A DNA stretch of 54,247 nucleotides from a bacterium (GTDB taxonomy: Bacteria > Electryoneota > RPQS01), in NCBI GenBank assembly GCA_026394155.1, contig JAPKYT010000128.1, positions 1 through 54,247 of the forward strand, given 5' to 3'. The notes under the pieces were generated by a model that saw nothing but the letters and a program-made list of their open reading frames with translations, ran no database searches and had not been told where the DNA came from. Position numbers and translations under genes: made by a program. Of this stretch, positions 32,356 through 44,387 are shown piece by piece (position 1 is the first letter of the stretch; the number at the start of each line of letters is the position of its first letter).

Positions 32356-34178
32356 GCGCCGCTGACGATTGGAGCCGCGAAGACGAGGTGCTCGGCAAGG
32401 CGTATGACGCCCGGCTGGCGCGGCGGCTGTGGAGCTACATCGGCGACCAGAAACGCAAAATTGCTCTGGCGGCGGTGTTGCTCGTTTTGGGCGCGCTGGC
32501 CGAGCTGGCTGGTCCGCTGCTGGTCAAGGTGGCGATTGACCGCTGCATCGCCACCCGCGACTGGCACGGACTTGTCATCATCGTGCTGCTGTTCGCGGGT
32601 CTCGCTGTGAGTGCAACCGTGCTGCGGTGGAGTGAGACCTACTTGACCGGAGCGGCCGGGCAGTACATCGTCTATCGCCTGCGCATGCAGCTTTTCGAGA
32701 AGCTGCAGCGGCTCTCGATTCCGTACTTTGACCGCAATCCGGTGGGACGGCTCATGTCGCGGCTGACCTCCGACGTGCAGGCGCTCTACGAGCTCTTCAG
32801 CGCGGGCGTGGTGGCGATCGTCGGCGACGTCGTGACCTTGGTCGGCATCATGGTGGTGATGTTCGTTATCAGTTGGAAGTTGGCGCTCATCACGCTCTCG
32901 GTGATTCCATTTCTGATTCTGATCACCTTCATGTTCCGGCGTCACGTACGCGATCTCTACCGGCTCACGAGATTGAAGATTGCGCGGCTCAACAGCTACC
33001 TGCACGAGAATCTCGTGGGTATGCGGGTGGTGCAACTCTTCAATCGCGAGCCGCGCAACTTCGCCGCTTTCGATGAGATCGGCCGCGATCTCAAAGGCAC
33101 TTACCTCCGGACGATCTTCTATTACGCGTTGTTCTATCCGGCGGTGGAGCTGATCTCGGCGGTGGCGGTGGCCTTTATCATCTATGGCGGCGGTGGAATG
33201 CTGCTGGCCGGAGCGGTGACGATGGGCACGCTGGTGGCCTTCATTCAATATGTGGAGCGGTTCTGGCGGCCGGTGCGCGATCTGGCCGAGAAGTACAACA
33301 TTTTGCAGGGCGCAATGGCCGCCGCCGAACGCGTGTTCAAGGTGATAGATCATCCGATTGAGGTTCCGCTGCGGGAATTGAGCACCGCAACTCCGGCGGG
33401 CGACGAAAAGATGGAGGGTGTGGCCATCGAATTTCGTCACGTGTGGTTCGCTTACCACCATGAAGATTGGGTGCTCAAGGACGTGAGCTTCCGCGTGGCG
33501 CCGGGCGAATCCGTGGCGGTGGTGGGAGCCACCGGAGCGGGGAAGACCACGCTGATCTCGCTCTTGTCGCGCTTCTATGACGTGCAACAGGGCGACATCC
33601 TCGTGAACGGGCTTGACGTTCGTCAATGGGATTTGGCCAAGCTGCGGCGGCTCATGGGAATTGTGCTGCAGGACGTTTTCGTCTTTGCCGGAACGGTGAC
33701 CGACAACATCCGTTACGGCTGTCCCGACTCGGGAGCGGAAACCGTGCGGCGCGCGGCGGCGCTGGTGCATGCCGATCATTTCATTTCACGCCTGCCGAAG
33801 AGCTACGACGAACCGGTTATGGAGCGCGGAGCGACGCTCTCCACCGGCCAGCGCCAGTTGCTGGCGTTTGCGCGGGCGCTGATGTGCGAGCCGCCGGTGA
33901 TCGTGCTCGACGAAGCCACGGCCTCGATTGATACCGAGACCGAGCGGCTGATTCAGGATGCCATCGGACGGCTGTTGGTGGGGCGCACGTCTATCATCAT
34001 TGCGCATCGGTTGTCCACCATTCAGCGTTGCGACCGGATTCTGGTCTTTCATCACGGCCGGCTCCGCGAGCAGGGAACGCAGGAGGAGCTTCTGGCGCAG
34101 CGCGGCATTTTCCACCGGCTGTGGCAACTTCAGTACGGAGGCGTCACTGCAGCTATGCAAGCTGGTGAAGAGGCTTGA
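32352..34178 (+). CDS. ABC exporter, fused TMD-NBD (MdlB/YheH-like partner)
   Basis: GATGAGKT, LSTGQ, VLDEAT. ATGA overlap with the upstream gene. Confidence 0.92.
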   Translation: MSAADDWSREDEVLGKAYDARLARRLWSYIGDQKRKIALAAVLLVLGALAELAGPLLVKVAIDRCIATRDWHGLVIIVLLFAGLAVSATVLRWSETYLTGAAGQYIVYRLRMQLFEKLQRLSIPYFDRNPVGRLMSRLTSDVQALYELFSAGVVAIVGDVVTLVGIMVVMFVISWKLALITLSVIPFLILITFMFRRHVRDLYRLTRLKIARLNSYLHENLVGMRVVQLFNREPRNFAAFDEIGRDLKGTYLRTIFYYALFYPAVELISAVAVAFIIYGGGGMLLAGAVTMGTLVAFIQYVERFWRPVRDLAEKYNILQGAMAAAERVFKVIDHPIEVPLRELSTATPAGDEKMEGVAIEFRHVWFAYHHEDWVLKDVSFRVAPGESVAVVGATGAGKTTLISLLSRFYDVQQGDILVNGLDVRQWDLAKLRRLMGIVLQDVFVFAGTVTDNIRYGCPDSGAETVRRAAALVHADHFISRLPKSYDEPVMERGATLSTGQRQLLAFARALMCEPPVIVLDEATASIDTETERLIQDAIGRLLVGRTSIIIAHRLSTIQRCDRILVFHHGRLREQGTQEELLAQRGIFHRLWQLQYGGVTAAMQAGEEA

Positions 34179-34203
34179 CATTGGGGGATTTTTCCTATAG
34201 ATT
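34175..34203 (+). promoter_or_regulatory. Sigma70-type promoter of the gatC-kdsB operon
   Basis: TTGACA-17 nt-TAGATT. Confidence 0.6.
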
Positions 34204-34250
34204 GCGGTCGGTCTTCTGCCATCACAAGACCTTGCGGTTCAGAAAGCAAA

Positions 34251-34538
34251 ATGCCTGTTACCAAAGAAGATATCCAGCGCACAGCGGAACTTGCCCGGCT
34301 GCGTCTCTCGCCTGCCGAACTCGACGACATGACGAGCACTTTAGGTAAGGTTTTTCAATATATTGACCAGCTTCATGAAGTGGATACCACGGGCGTCGAG
34401 CCGCTGCATCATGTTCTGGAGATGTCCAATGTGATGGATCCGGATGTGCCGCGCGCGGGCTTCACGCGGGAGGAAGCGCTGGCCAACGCGCCCGATCGCA
34501 CGGAAGAATATTTCCGGCTGCCGCGGGTTGTGAATTGA
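34251..34538 (+). CDS. gatC: Asp/Glu-tRNA amidotransferase subunit C
   Basis: AELARL, LHEVDTTGVEP, ALANAP...YFRLPRV. Confidence 0.92.
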   Translation: MPVTKEDIQRTAELARLRLSPAELDDMTSTLGKVFQYIDQLHEVDTTGVEPLHHVLEMSNVMDPDVPRAGFTREEALANAPDRTEEYFRLPRVVN

Positions 34539-34539
34539 C

Positions 34540-36967
<2,428 letters not shown>

Positions 36968-36997
36968 TTCTCACCTCACACCAACCGTCAACACTTC

Positions 36998-37837
36998 GTG
37001 CCTGAGCGCTCCTTCTTTCCGCTGGCGATCATCGCCGGTCCCTGCGTCATCGAGTCCGAGGCTCTGTGCCTCGAAGTGGCCGAAGCGTTCTTCAAGATCG
37101 CGGTGCGCACGGGCGTTCTCCCGATCTTCAAGGCGAGTTTCGACAAAGCGAACCGCACCTCGGTGGAGAGCTTCCGCGGCATCGGCATGGACGAGGGACT
37201 GAAGGTGCTGGCCAAGGTGCGGCGCGAAGCGGGACTGCCGGTGCTCACCGACATTCACCTGCCCGATCAGGCGGCGCCGGCGGCGGAGGTGGTGGACATT
37301 CTGCAAATTCCCGCCTTCCTTTGCCGGCAGACGGATCTGCTGTTGGCGGCGGGCAAGACCGGAAAACCGGTCAACATCAAGAAGGGGCAGTTTCTCTCGC
37401 CGGATGACATGCGGCATGCGGCGGCGAAAGTGGAATCCACCGGCAACCGTCGTTTGATGCTCACCGAGCGCGGCACGTTTTTCGGCTATCGCGATTTGGT
37501 GGTGGACATGCGTTCGCTGGTGCAGCTCGCCGAGCTCGGCTATCCGGTGGTTTTCGACGCCACGCACTCGGTGCAGCGCATGGGGGGCGCGGAAGGTGTT
37601 TCCGGCGGCGCGTCCGAATATGTCGAGCCTCTGGCGCGCGCGGCAGTGGCCACCGGTGCGGTCGCGGCGGTGTTCATCGAGACTCATCCGCGAGTGAACG
37701 AAGCTCTTTCCGACCGGACGAGCATGCTGCCGCTGGATCGTCTCGAAGGTCTGGTGAGCCGCCTGGTGCGAATCGCGGAAGCGGTAGGTATCTCGTCCTC
37801 GATGGCCGTTCTCTCCGACGACTTGGGCAAACCGTGA
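36998..37837 (+). CDS. kdsA: KDO8P synthase (Cys-containing, metal-dependent type)
   Basis: AGPCVIES, KASFDKANRTS, QIPAFLCRQTDL, DATHSVQ. Confidence 0.97.
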   Translation: MPERSFFPLAIIAGPCVIESEALCLEVAEAFFKIAVRTGVLPIFKASFDKANRTSVESFRGIGMDEGLKVLAKVRREAGLPVLTDIHLPDQAAPAAEVVDILQIPAFLCRQTDLLLAAGKTGKPVNIKKGQFLSPDDMRHAAAKVESTGNRRLMLTERGTFFGYRDLVVDMRSLVQLAELGYPVVFDATHSVQRMGGAEGVSGGASEYVEPLARAAVATGAVAAVFIETHPRVNEALSDRTSMLPLDRLEGLVSRLVRIAEAVGISSSMAVLSDDLGKP

Positions 37838-38211
37838 GACGCAGCGACCGAATCCGTCTGAATTCGATGCTCTTCTATGCGCACCACGGTGCGCTGGCCG
37901 AAGAACGCGCGCTGGGGCAGCAGTTCGAAGTGGACGTGGAGGTGTGCGGCGACTTCTCGCGCCATGAAGGCAGCGACGATTTGCACTGGACGGTGGATTA
38001 CACGCTGCTTTATCGCGCGGTGTCGGAGATTTTTTCGAGCGAGAACTTCCACCTTCTGGAAACCTGCGCGGGGGTGGTGGCTGACGGCCTCTTGAAGCGC
38101 TTTGACAAGGTGGAAGAAGTCACCGTGCGCGTTCGCAAACCGCACGTGCCTATGGGCGGCGTGCTCAAGAGTGTGGAAGTGGAGGTCACGCGCCGTCGGC
38201 CAGCCGGTTGA
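37834..38211 (+). CDS. folB: Dihydroneopterin aldolase
   Basis: FYAHHG..EERALGQQFEVD, TVDY, LLET, KPHVP. Confidence 0.95.
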   Translation: MRRSDRIRLNSMLFYAHHGALAEERALGQQFEVDVEVCGDFSRHEGSDDLHWTVDYTLLYRAVSEIFSSENFHLLETCAGVVADGLLKRFDKVEEVTVRVRKPHVPMGGVLKSVEVEVTRRRPAG

Positions 38212-38704
38212 ACATGCCTACGTCGGCTTCGGCTCGAATCTTGGAGACGGACGGGAGCTTTTCGCGGCGGCGCTGAGCGAACTGACCGGCCGCGGGTTGC
38301 GCGTTTTACGCTGCTCCGCTCTCTATGAAACGCAGCCGTGGGGCGGCGCACCGGGCGGCGATTACACAAACGCCGTCCTCGAGGTGGAACGCGCCGGCGA
38401 GGTGCGTGAGTTCCTGCGCGTGCTGCAGAGTGTGGAGGTCGCGCTGGGACGCACGCGTCGCGAACCTAACGCGCCGCGCACCTGCGATCTGGATTTGCTG
38501 TTGTGGGGATCGGACACGATGGACTCGCCGGAGCTGGTGGTGCCGCATCCGCGGCTCGGCGAGCGGCGTTTCGTGCTGCTGCCTCTGTGCGATCTGATCC
38601 CCGACGGCGTTCATCCGCGTTTCAACAGAACCTTTCGCGAGCTTCTAAGAGTGTGCCCCGATTCCTTGCGCGTCCGCCGCATCGGGGCGCCGAACTTTTC
38701 GTGA
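38171..38704 (+). CDS. folK: HPPK; start uncertain
   Basis: AYVGFGSNLG, YETQPWG, PRTCDLDLL, PHPR..ERRFVLLPL. Confidence 0.93.
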   Translation: MWKWRSRAVGQPVEHAYVGFGSNLGDGRELFAAALSELTGRGLRVLRCSALYETQPWGGAPGGDYTNAVLEVERAGEVREFLRVLQSVEVALGRTRREPNAPRTCDLDLLLWGSDTMDSPELVVPHPRLGERRFVLLPLCDLIPDGVHPRFNRTFRELLRVCPDSLRVRRIGAPNFS

Positions 38705-38708
38705 CGGC

Positions 38709-39347
38709 ATGAGCGAACTGCGCTACATCGCAATCGAAGGCGTGATCGGCGTCGGCAAGACGTCGCTGGCGCAGTTGCTGTCCGAGAAACTGAACGGCCG
38801 GCTGGTGCTGGAGAAGCCCGAGGACAATCCGTTCCTCGACCAGTTCTACAAGGATCCTCGGCACTACGCGTTCCAAACGCAGCTCTTCTTCCTCCTTTCG
38901 CGCTTCAAACAGCAGCAGGAGTTTCCGGAGCCTGATTTTTTTCATCAGCTGGTGGTGGCCGATTACCTGTTCGCCAAAGACCGCATCTTCGCCTACATCA
39001 ACCTCAGCGAGGCGGAAATCACGCTCTATGAGAAGGTGATGGCGCTGATGGAAGTGCGCATCAAGAAGCCCGATCTGGTGGTGTATTTGCAGAGCTCCAC
39101 CGACCGCCTGATGCGCAACATCCGCCAGCGCAACCGTCCCTACGAGAAAGAAATCTCGGAGGATTATCTGCGCACGCTGAATGAGGCGTACAATCACTTT
39201 TTCTTCCATTACGGCGAGACGCCGCTGCTGATCGTCAACGCGACCGCCATTGACTACGTGGGCAATGCGGATCATCTGATGACTCTGATCGCGGAGATTC
39301 GCCGCGAGCAGATGGGAACTCGTTACTACAATCCGGTGGAGCGGTGA
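38709..39347 (+). CDS. Deoxynucleoside kinase
   Basis: IAIEGVIGVGKTS, NPFLDQFY, QLFFLLSRF, PDLVVYL. Confidence 0.92.
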   Translation: MSELRYIAIEGVIGVGKTSLAQLLSEKLNGRLVLEKPEDNPFLDQFYKDPRHYAFQTQLFFLLSRFKQQQEFPEPDFFHQLVVADYLFAKDRIFAYINLSEAEITLYEKVMALMEVRIKKPDLVVYLQSSTDRLMRNIRQRNRPYEKEISEDYLRTLNEAYNHFFFHYGETPLLIVNATAIDYVGNADHLMTLIAEIRREQMGTRYYNPVER

Positions 39348-39529
39348 GAGTTCTGCTCCGTCTGCTGCTGATCGGAGCGGCCTTGTATCTGGTGATTCGC
39401 TACCTGATCCGCCTGCTTTTTCCCGCGCGCAGCGGGAAAGACGTGCAAGGGGCGCCGCGACGACGCCGCAGCCGCATTGACGAGGAACGCATCAGCGACG
39501 CCAGTTTCAAGGACATTTCCAAGAAATGA
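39344..39529 (+). CDS. Small membrane protein
   Basis: One transmembrane helix and an I.DA.FKDI tail. Overlaps both neighbours by 4 nt. Confidence 0.7.
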   Translation: MRVLLRLLLIGAALYLVIRYLIRLLFPARSGKDVQGAPRRRRSRIDEERISDASFKDISKK

Positions 39530-39915
39530 AACGAGAGATCGTCACCACCTCGCGCGCGCCGCAAGCCATCGGGCCTTACAGTCAGGCGGTGCGCTTCAGC
39601 GGCGCGTTGGTTTACACGGCGGGGCAGATTCCCATTGAGCCGGCGACCGGACAGGTGGTGGGAACGACCGTGGGCGAGCAAACCGAGCAGGCGCTGCGGA
39701 ATCTTACTGCGGTTCTAAAGGCGGCGGGGGCTTCGCCGGCGACCGTCGTGAAGGTCACCGTGTTTCTCAAGAATATGGCCGATTTTGCCGAAATGAATGA
39801 AGTGTACGGCCGCTATTTTCCGCAAGCGCCGCCGGCGCGCAGCGCGGTCGAGGTGGCGCGGCTTCCCAAGGACGTGCTGGTGGAAATCGAGTGTCTCGCT
39901 CTGGTGGAATCTTAA
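39526..39915 (+). CDS. ridA: RidA/YjgF family deaminase
   Basis: APQAIGPYSQAV, GQIP, PARSAVEVARLPK.VLVEIE. Confidence 0.93.
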   Translation: MKREIVTTSRAPQAIGPYSQAVRFSGALVYTAGQIPIEPATGQVVGTTVGEQTEQALRNLTAVLKAAGASPATVVKVTVFLKNMADFAEMNEVYGRYFPQAPPARSAVEVARLPKDVLVEIECLALVES

Positions 39916-40343
39916 GAGCGGCGGCGCCGGTTCTGGTTGCCTTGCTGCTGATGGCGACTGAGGCGCGCGCCGAAGAGACTGCACCGAAGCCTCGAAAGAG
40001 CTCCACCGGGGCGGTCTTGCGCTCGCTGGTCGTTCCCGGCTGGGGGCAGTTCTACAACGAGAGTTATGTCAAGGCGGTGGCGTTCGCGGGCATTGAAGGC
40101 TCGCTGATTTTCAGCGCGTCCCATCAGCACGATCAGATGAAACGCTTTGAAAAGGCGGGGGATTTTTCCCGTGAACGGTTCTACCGCAGCAGCCGCAACC
40201 GGCTGATCTGGTGGCTGGCGGGCACGGCGCTGCTGTCCATGGGGGACGCGTACGTGGATGCGCAGCTCTACGGTTTGGATGTGTCTCCCGATTTGTCTCT
40301 GAAAAACGGCACGGTGGGCGTCACCGTTTCGTGCAACTTCTGA
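39891..40343 (+). CDS. DUF5683-like membrane protein
   Basis: AVLRSLVVPGWGQFYN and DAYVDAQL motifs. Start uncertain. Confidence 0.75.
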   Translation: MSRSGGILRAAAPVLVALLLMATEARAEETAPKPRKSSTGAVLRSLVVPGWGQFYNESYVKAVAFAGIEGSLIFSASHQHDQMKRFEKAGDFSRERFYRSSRNRLIWWLAGTALLSMGDAYVDAQLYGLDVSPDLSLKNGTVGVTVSCNF

Positions 40344-40357
40344 TGTGAGCGGACAAC

Positions 40358-42025
40358 ATGGGTTTGCTGGATCGGATGGTGGTGATCACCTTGCCGTTGG
40401 TTCCGAAGGCGATTGTCGGCATGGTGGCGGCAAGTTACATTGCAGGCGAGAAGTTGGATGATGCCGTGCGGGTCGTGCGCGACCTCAACGGCAGAGGTTT
40501 CATGGCCACGGTGGACGTGCTCGGTGAATTCGTTGCCGAGCGTGAGAAGGCGGAGGCCAGCGTCGCCGAGTATCAACGGCTGGTCGAGCGCATCGCGCGT
40601 GAAAAGCTCGACGCCAATGTGTCGGTGAAGCTCACGGCCGTGGGGATGGACATTGACCCGCAGTACGTGCGGCAGAACGTGCGGAAGGTGATCGCGGCGG
40701 CGGCGCAACACGGCATGTTCGTGCGCATAGACATGGAAGACTCCCCGCACACCACCGAGACTTTGGCCATCTACGACGAGCTGCGGCGCGAGTTTGAGGT
40801 GGGAGTGGCGATTCAGGCTTACATGCGCCGTTCGGCCGATGACGTGAAGCGGTTGATGACCGGAGGAGCGGCGAACTTCCGCCTCTGCAAGGGCATTTAT
40901 GTCGAGCCTGAAAGCGTCGCCTACAAGGAACGGGAAGAAATCCGGCGCAACTTCACCGCGCTGCTCGACCGGATGTTCGCCGGCGGCGCATACGTGGGGA
41001 TTGCCACTCATGATGAAGTACTGGTGGACGAGGCGGAGAAGCTGGTGCGCAAGTACGGATTGAGCCGCGACCGCTACGAGTTTCAGATGCTGTTAGGCGT
41101 GCGCCGCGTGCTGCGCGACGGGATTCTCGCCCGCGGTCACCGGTTGCGCATCTACGTGCCTTACGGCGATGCGTGGTACGGATATTCGACGCGGCGTCTC
41201 AAGGAAAATCCGCAAATCGCCGGTTATGTGTTCAAGAGCATGTTGGGCGACTGTTTCGTGGAGCTGGCCAAGCTGCCCGATGAGTGCGTGCATCTGGTGC
41301 TCACCGATCCGCCCTACGGCATTGACTATCAGTCGAACCGGCGCGTGGCGCGGCCCAAGCTGCCCAAGTTCGAGAACGACGTGGATCTGAGCTGGGTGGA
41401 TTCGTGGGTGGAGCAGATTCATCGCGTGCTCAAGCCGGACAGCCACTTCTACTGCTTCACGCGCTATGACACGTATCCGGTGTTCTACAACTCGATCAGC
41501 CGGCTCTTCAAGGTCAAGAACTGTCTCACGTGGGTGAAGAACAATCATGGCAGCGGCGACCTGAATGGCTCCTATGCGCCGCAAGCGGAGATGATCGTCT
41601 TCGCCGTGAAGGGCAAGCGGCTGCTCAACGGGTCGCGCGAATCGGACGTGCTGACCTGCGACAGCGTGCCGTCGGCGCACCGCCGACATGCCACGCAGAA
41701 ACCGGTGGAGTTGCTTCGGCAACTGATCGAGAAGAGCACCGAGCCGGATGAGATTGTCCTCGATCCGTTTGCCGGCGTAGGCAGCACGGGGCTGGCCTGT
41801 CTCGACCGTCATCAAGCGCATGGTGATCGTCACGAGCGGCGCTACCTGCTGATGGAAATCAACCCCGAGTTCGTGAGCAAGGCCCGCGCCGGCGGACTGG
41901 CTCGGCAGGAGATGCTGATGACCACGGAAAAGCTCGTGCGACAGGAGCCGCACAAGCAGCGGCCGGCCATGCGCACCAAGCGCATTCGCGCCCGCCGCGA
42001 TGAGACGTTGCCGCTGCCGCTGTAG
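40358..42025 (+). CDS. In-frame fusion of proline dehydrogenase and a beta-class N4/N6 DNA methyltransferase
   Basis: PRODH part: YIAGE, VKLT, IDMED, QAY, RLCKGIY, IATHD, QMLLG, RIYVPYG, RRLKE. It continues directly into GDC...LTDPPY...HATQKPVELL...VLDPFAGVGSTG. Confidence 0.88.
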   Translation: MGLLDRMVVITLPLVPKAIVGMVAASYIAGEKLDDAVRVVRDLNGRGFMATVDVLGEFVAEREKAEASVAEYQRLVERIAREKLDANVSVKLTAVGMDIDPQYVRQNVRKVIAAAAQHGMFVRIDMEDSPHTTETLAIYDELRREFEVGVAIQAYMRRSADDVKRLMTGGAANFRLCKGIYVEPESVAYKEREEIRRNFTALLDRMFAGGAYVGIATHDEVLVDEAEKLVRKYGLSRDRYEFQMLLGVRRVLRDGILARGHRLRIYVPYGDAWYGYSTRRLKENPQIAGYVFKSMLGDCFVELAKLPDECVHLVLTDPPYGIDYQSNRRVARPKLPKFENDVDLSWVDSWVEQIHRVLKPDSHFYCFTRYDTYPVFYNSISRLFKVKNCLTWVKNNHGSGDLNGSYAPQAEMIVFAVKGKRLLNGSRESDVLTCDSVPSAHRRHATQKPVELLRQLIEKSTEPDEIVLDPFAGVGSTGLACLDRHQAHGDRHERRYLLMEINPEFVSKARAGGLARQEMLMTTEKLVRQEPHKQRPAMRTKRIRARRDETLPLPL

Positions 42026-42046
42026 AGACTGTTTTCACGAAACACG

Positions 42047-42117
42047 AAAAGCCCGGGACTTGTTCCCGGGCTCTCGGATTGCTCACAAACCCCGTCATTA
42101 CTGGCGGGGTTTGTTTT
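42047..42117. terminator. Two tandem hairpins between convergent genes
   Basis: AGCCCGGGA/TCCCGGGCT and ACAAACCCCGTCA/TGGCGGGGTTTGT followed by Ts. Confidence 0.7.
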
Positions 42118-42173
42118 AGAGTGGTGGGGGCTGCTACGGAATGTCAGGCGAGGGTCTGGCCCGCTCTGTTTAC

Positions 42174-42209
42174 AGGGATGAGGGCGGAGGGATGAGGGAT
42201 GAGGGATGA
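42174..42209. repeat. Heptamer tandem repeat (AGGGATG)n
   Basis: AGGGATG AGGGCGG AGGGATG AGGGATG AGGGATG A. Confidence 0.75.
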
Positions 42210-42260
42210 AGCCCGAATACGGATTCAGATTCCGGGCACGCGGGGACGCATGCCTCGGCG

Positions 42261-42329
42261 GAAGATGCCTTCGTCGAGCAGACGCGCCGCCGTTTCCTGC
42301 GCCAGCCGCGCTTCATAGAGCATGATGAC
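42261..42329 (-). pseudogene. Probable short remnant of glycine C-acetyltransferase (kbl)
   Basis: Reads VIMLYEARLAQETAARLLDEGIF, resembling the Kbl segment P(V/I)ML.DA..AQ..A..L..EGIY. Same strand as tdh, 2 kb downstream of it. Confidence 0.6.
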
Positions 42330-42338
42330 CCGCCCGCG

Positions 42339-44354
42339 TTACTGGAGTCGGACGGGCAGCACGACGAATTGAAGCCCGTGGAACATCAGACGCCGTTGCA
42401 GCGACAACGGAGTCTCGTTGTGCAGCAGCCGCGACCACAAGGTGTCTTTCCAGAAGAGGAGTCGCGCCGCAAAGAACACGGAATTGGAGAACTCGCGATG
42501 CAGATCGAGACAGATCTGTTCGATCGTGCCCAGATAGTCAATGGCACAGGCGGTGCGGGACATGGCCTTCAGCCCGTAAGAGCGGGCCAGCGTGACGTAT
42601 TTCTCGGCCTGCTTGTGCACTTCCTTCTCGAGCTCCCCCAGCTCGTCCACGCCCTTAAAATGACCGGAGTCAATGGCGCCGACCGAAACGAAAACGTACT
42701 GCTTGAAGCGCGTGCCGAAGAGACGCTGGACATTCAGCATCACGTGGATTCCGGTGCCGCTGTACTTTTCGACGAGAATGACGGCGGTCGGTTCGTTCGG
42801 ATCGAGGGGCTGCGGCGTGACGGACGCGTCGCCGAAGGACAGGGTCATCAGGATCTCGTCTATCTTCTCGACCTTGCCGCTGATTTCGCGGTAATGCCGC
42901 CGGATGAGGAAGCAAAGCGCGACCACTCCGGAAGTCAAGAGCAGCGTCAGCCACCCTCCTTTGAAGAATTTCATGAAAACCATCAGAACGAGGAGACTGG
43001 CGCAGACCAAGAGACCTATTCCGTTTATGACAAAACGGCTCAGCCACTTCTCGTGTGTCTTGCGCCGTGACAGCCAGAGCCGCAGCATGCCGAGTTGAGA
43101 AAGAGAGAATGTAATGAACACGTTGATCGCGTAGAGTGTGATCAGAACGGTGATATTCCCCCGCGAATAGATGATGAAAAACACGGCGGCGGCACCCATC
43201 AGCAAGACTCCGTTCTGAGTGACGAGCCGCTCCGAAAGGTGGCTGAAGCGGTGGGGGACCCATGAATCCTGCGCCATGTTGGCCAGCACGCGCGGCCCAT
43301 CAATGAAACCGGTCTGTGCGGCCACGAAGAGGAGCAAAGCGGCCGAGATCAGGGTCACCCAGAGCACGGAATCACCGAGATGCCAGGCGCCGAGCCGCCA
43401 GCTGTGCAAGATCTGCGAGAACAGCGCCGCGTTCAACGTCTTGCCCGGCATGGGCTGGGTGTTGAACAGGTAGTAGTTGGCAAAGAGTGCGGCGGACAAG
43501 AAAGCCAGCGACGCCGCCATGTAGGCCATCGTCTTCTTCCCGGTTTGTACCCGCGGCTCCCGTAAGACGGGCATCCCGTTGGAAACGGCTTCAATCCCGG
43601 TGAACGTCCCCGCGCCCATGCTGAAGGCGCCGAGGAAGACGACGATCATTATGCCGAGTCCGTCCTTGTTCAAGGTCGCTGTGGCCTGACCGAAACCCTG
43701 GACGGCACGAGCCGGGAGATCATCAACATGAACGATCAGGCCGTAAGCAAGGATTACGACGTGACTGACCACGAAAATCATGAACACCGGCAGAAGGGTA
43801 ATCACGGACTCCTTCACTCCGCGCAGGTTCATCAGCGCCAGGAGAAGGATGACTCCGATAGCCGTAACGACTTTCAATTCCTGCGACACGGGGGCGGCGG
43901 CCAAGCTGTAAATCGAGGCCACGCCGGAGACCACCGAAACCGCAATCGTAAGAACGTAATCCACGACCAGCGCTGAACCGGAGACTACACCGGCAACAGG
44001 GTGAAGGAGCTTGGACGCCACCAGATAGCCGCCGCCCCCGGACGGGAACTGTTCGATAATCTGCGTGTAACTGGCGGAGATGATCAGCACCGTGAGGGCG
44101 ATGACGATTCCCAGTACCGGCCCCAAGAATGCCATGCTGTGAAGCGCATGGTAAGCTTCTTCAGGTCCATAGTTGGCCGACGTGATCCCGTCCGCGCCCA
44201 TGCCGACCCATGCAAAAAAGGCGATCAGCGAGATGCGCTGAAACACCTTGGGGTCAAACGGATTCCGCCGCCCGCCGAGAAGCGTGCGACGAAATCGAGT
44301 GAGAGTGGAAACGTCTTCCGTGCCGCCGTTGGCGGCGCTTGACTTGTCGTTCAT
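42339..44354 (-). CDS. APC-family transporter, KimA/YdaO-like
   Basis: GADGITSANYGPEE, SYTQIIEQFPSGGGGY, DYVLTIAVS, TGIEAVSNG, LYAINVF, cytosolic C-terminal domain. Confidence 0.88.
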   Translation of the reverse strand: MNDKSSAANGGTEDVSTLTRFRRTLLGGRRNPFDPKVFQRISLIAFFAWVGMGADGITSANYGPEEAYHALHSMAFLGPVLGIVIALTVLIISASYTQIIEQFPSGGGGYLVASKLLHPVAGVVSGSALVVDYVLTIAVSVVSGVASIYSLAAAPVSQELKVVTAIGVILLLALMNLRGVKESVITLLPVFMIFVVSHVVILAYGLIVHVDDLPARAVQGFGQATATLNKDGLGIMIVVFLGAFSMGAGTFTGIEAVSNGMPVLREPRVQTGKKTMAYMAASLAFLSAALFANYYLFNTQPMPGKTLNAALFSQILHSWRLGAWHLGDSVLWVTLISAALLLFVAAQTGFIDGPRVLANMAQDSWVPHRFSHLSERLVTQNGVLLMGAAAVFFIIYSRGNITVLITLYAINVFITFSLSQLGMLRLWLSRRKTHEKWLSRFVINGIGLLVCASLLVLMVFMKFFKGGWLTLLLTSGVVALCFLIRRHYREISGKVEKIDEILMTLSFGDASVTPQPLDPNEPTAVILVEKYSGTGIHVMLNVQRLFGTRFKQYVFVSVGAIDSGHFKGVDELGELEKEVHKQAEKYVTLARSYGLKAMSRTACAIDYLGTIEQICLDLHREFSNSVFFAARLLFWKDTLWSRLLHNETPLSLQRRLMFHGLQFVVLPVRLQ

Positions 44355-44387
44355 AGAGAGCGGCCGCTCACGACCGCATGCGTCTTC

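Noticed and set aside
30598-34178. Degenerate Walker B (LDD) and signature (LSTGQ) in the ABC pair
   Set aside because: Normal asymmetry of heterodimeric ABC exporters.
34251-34538. gatC without adjacent gatA/gatB
   Set aside because: Dispersed gat genes are common, so this is not evidence of novelty.
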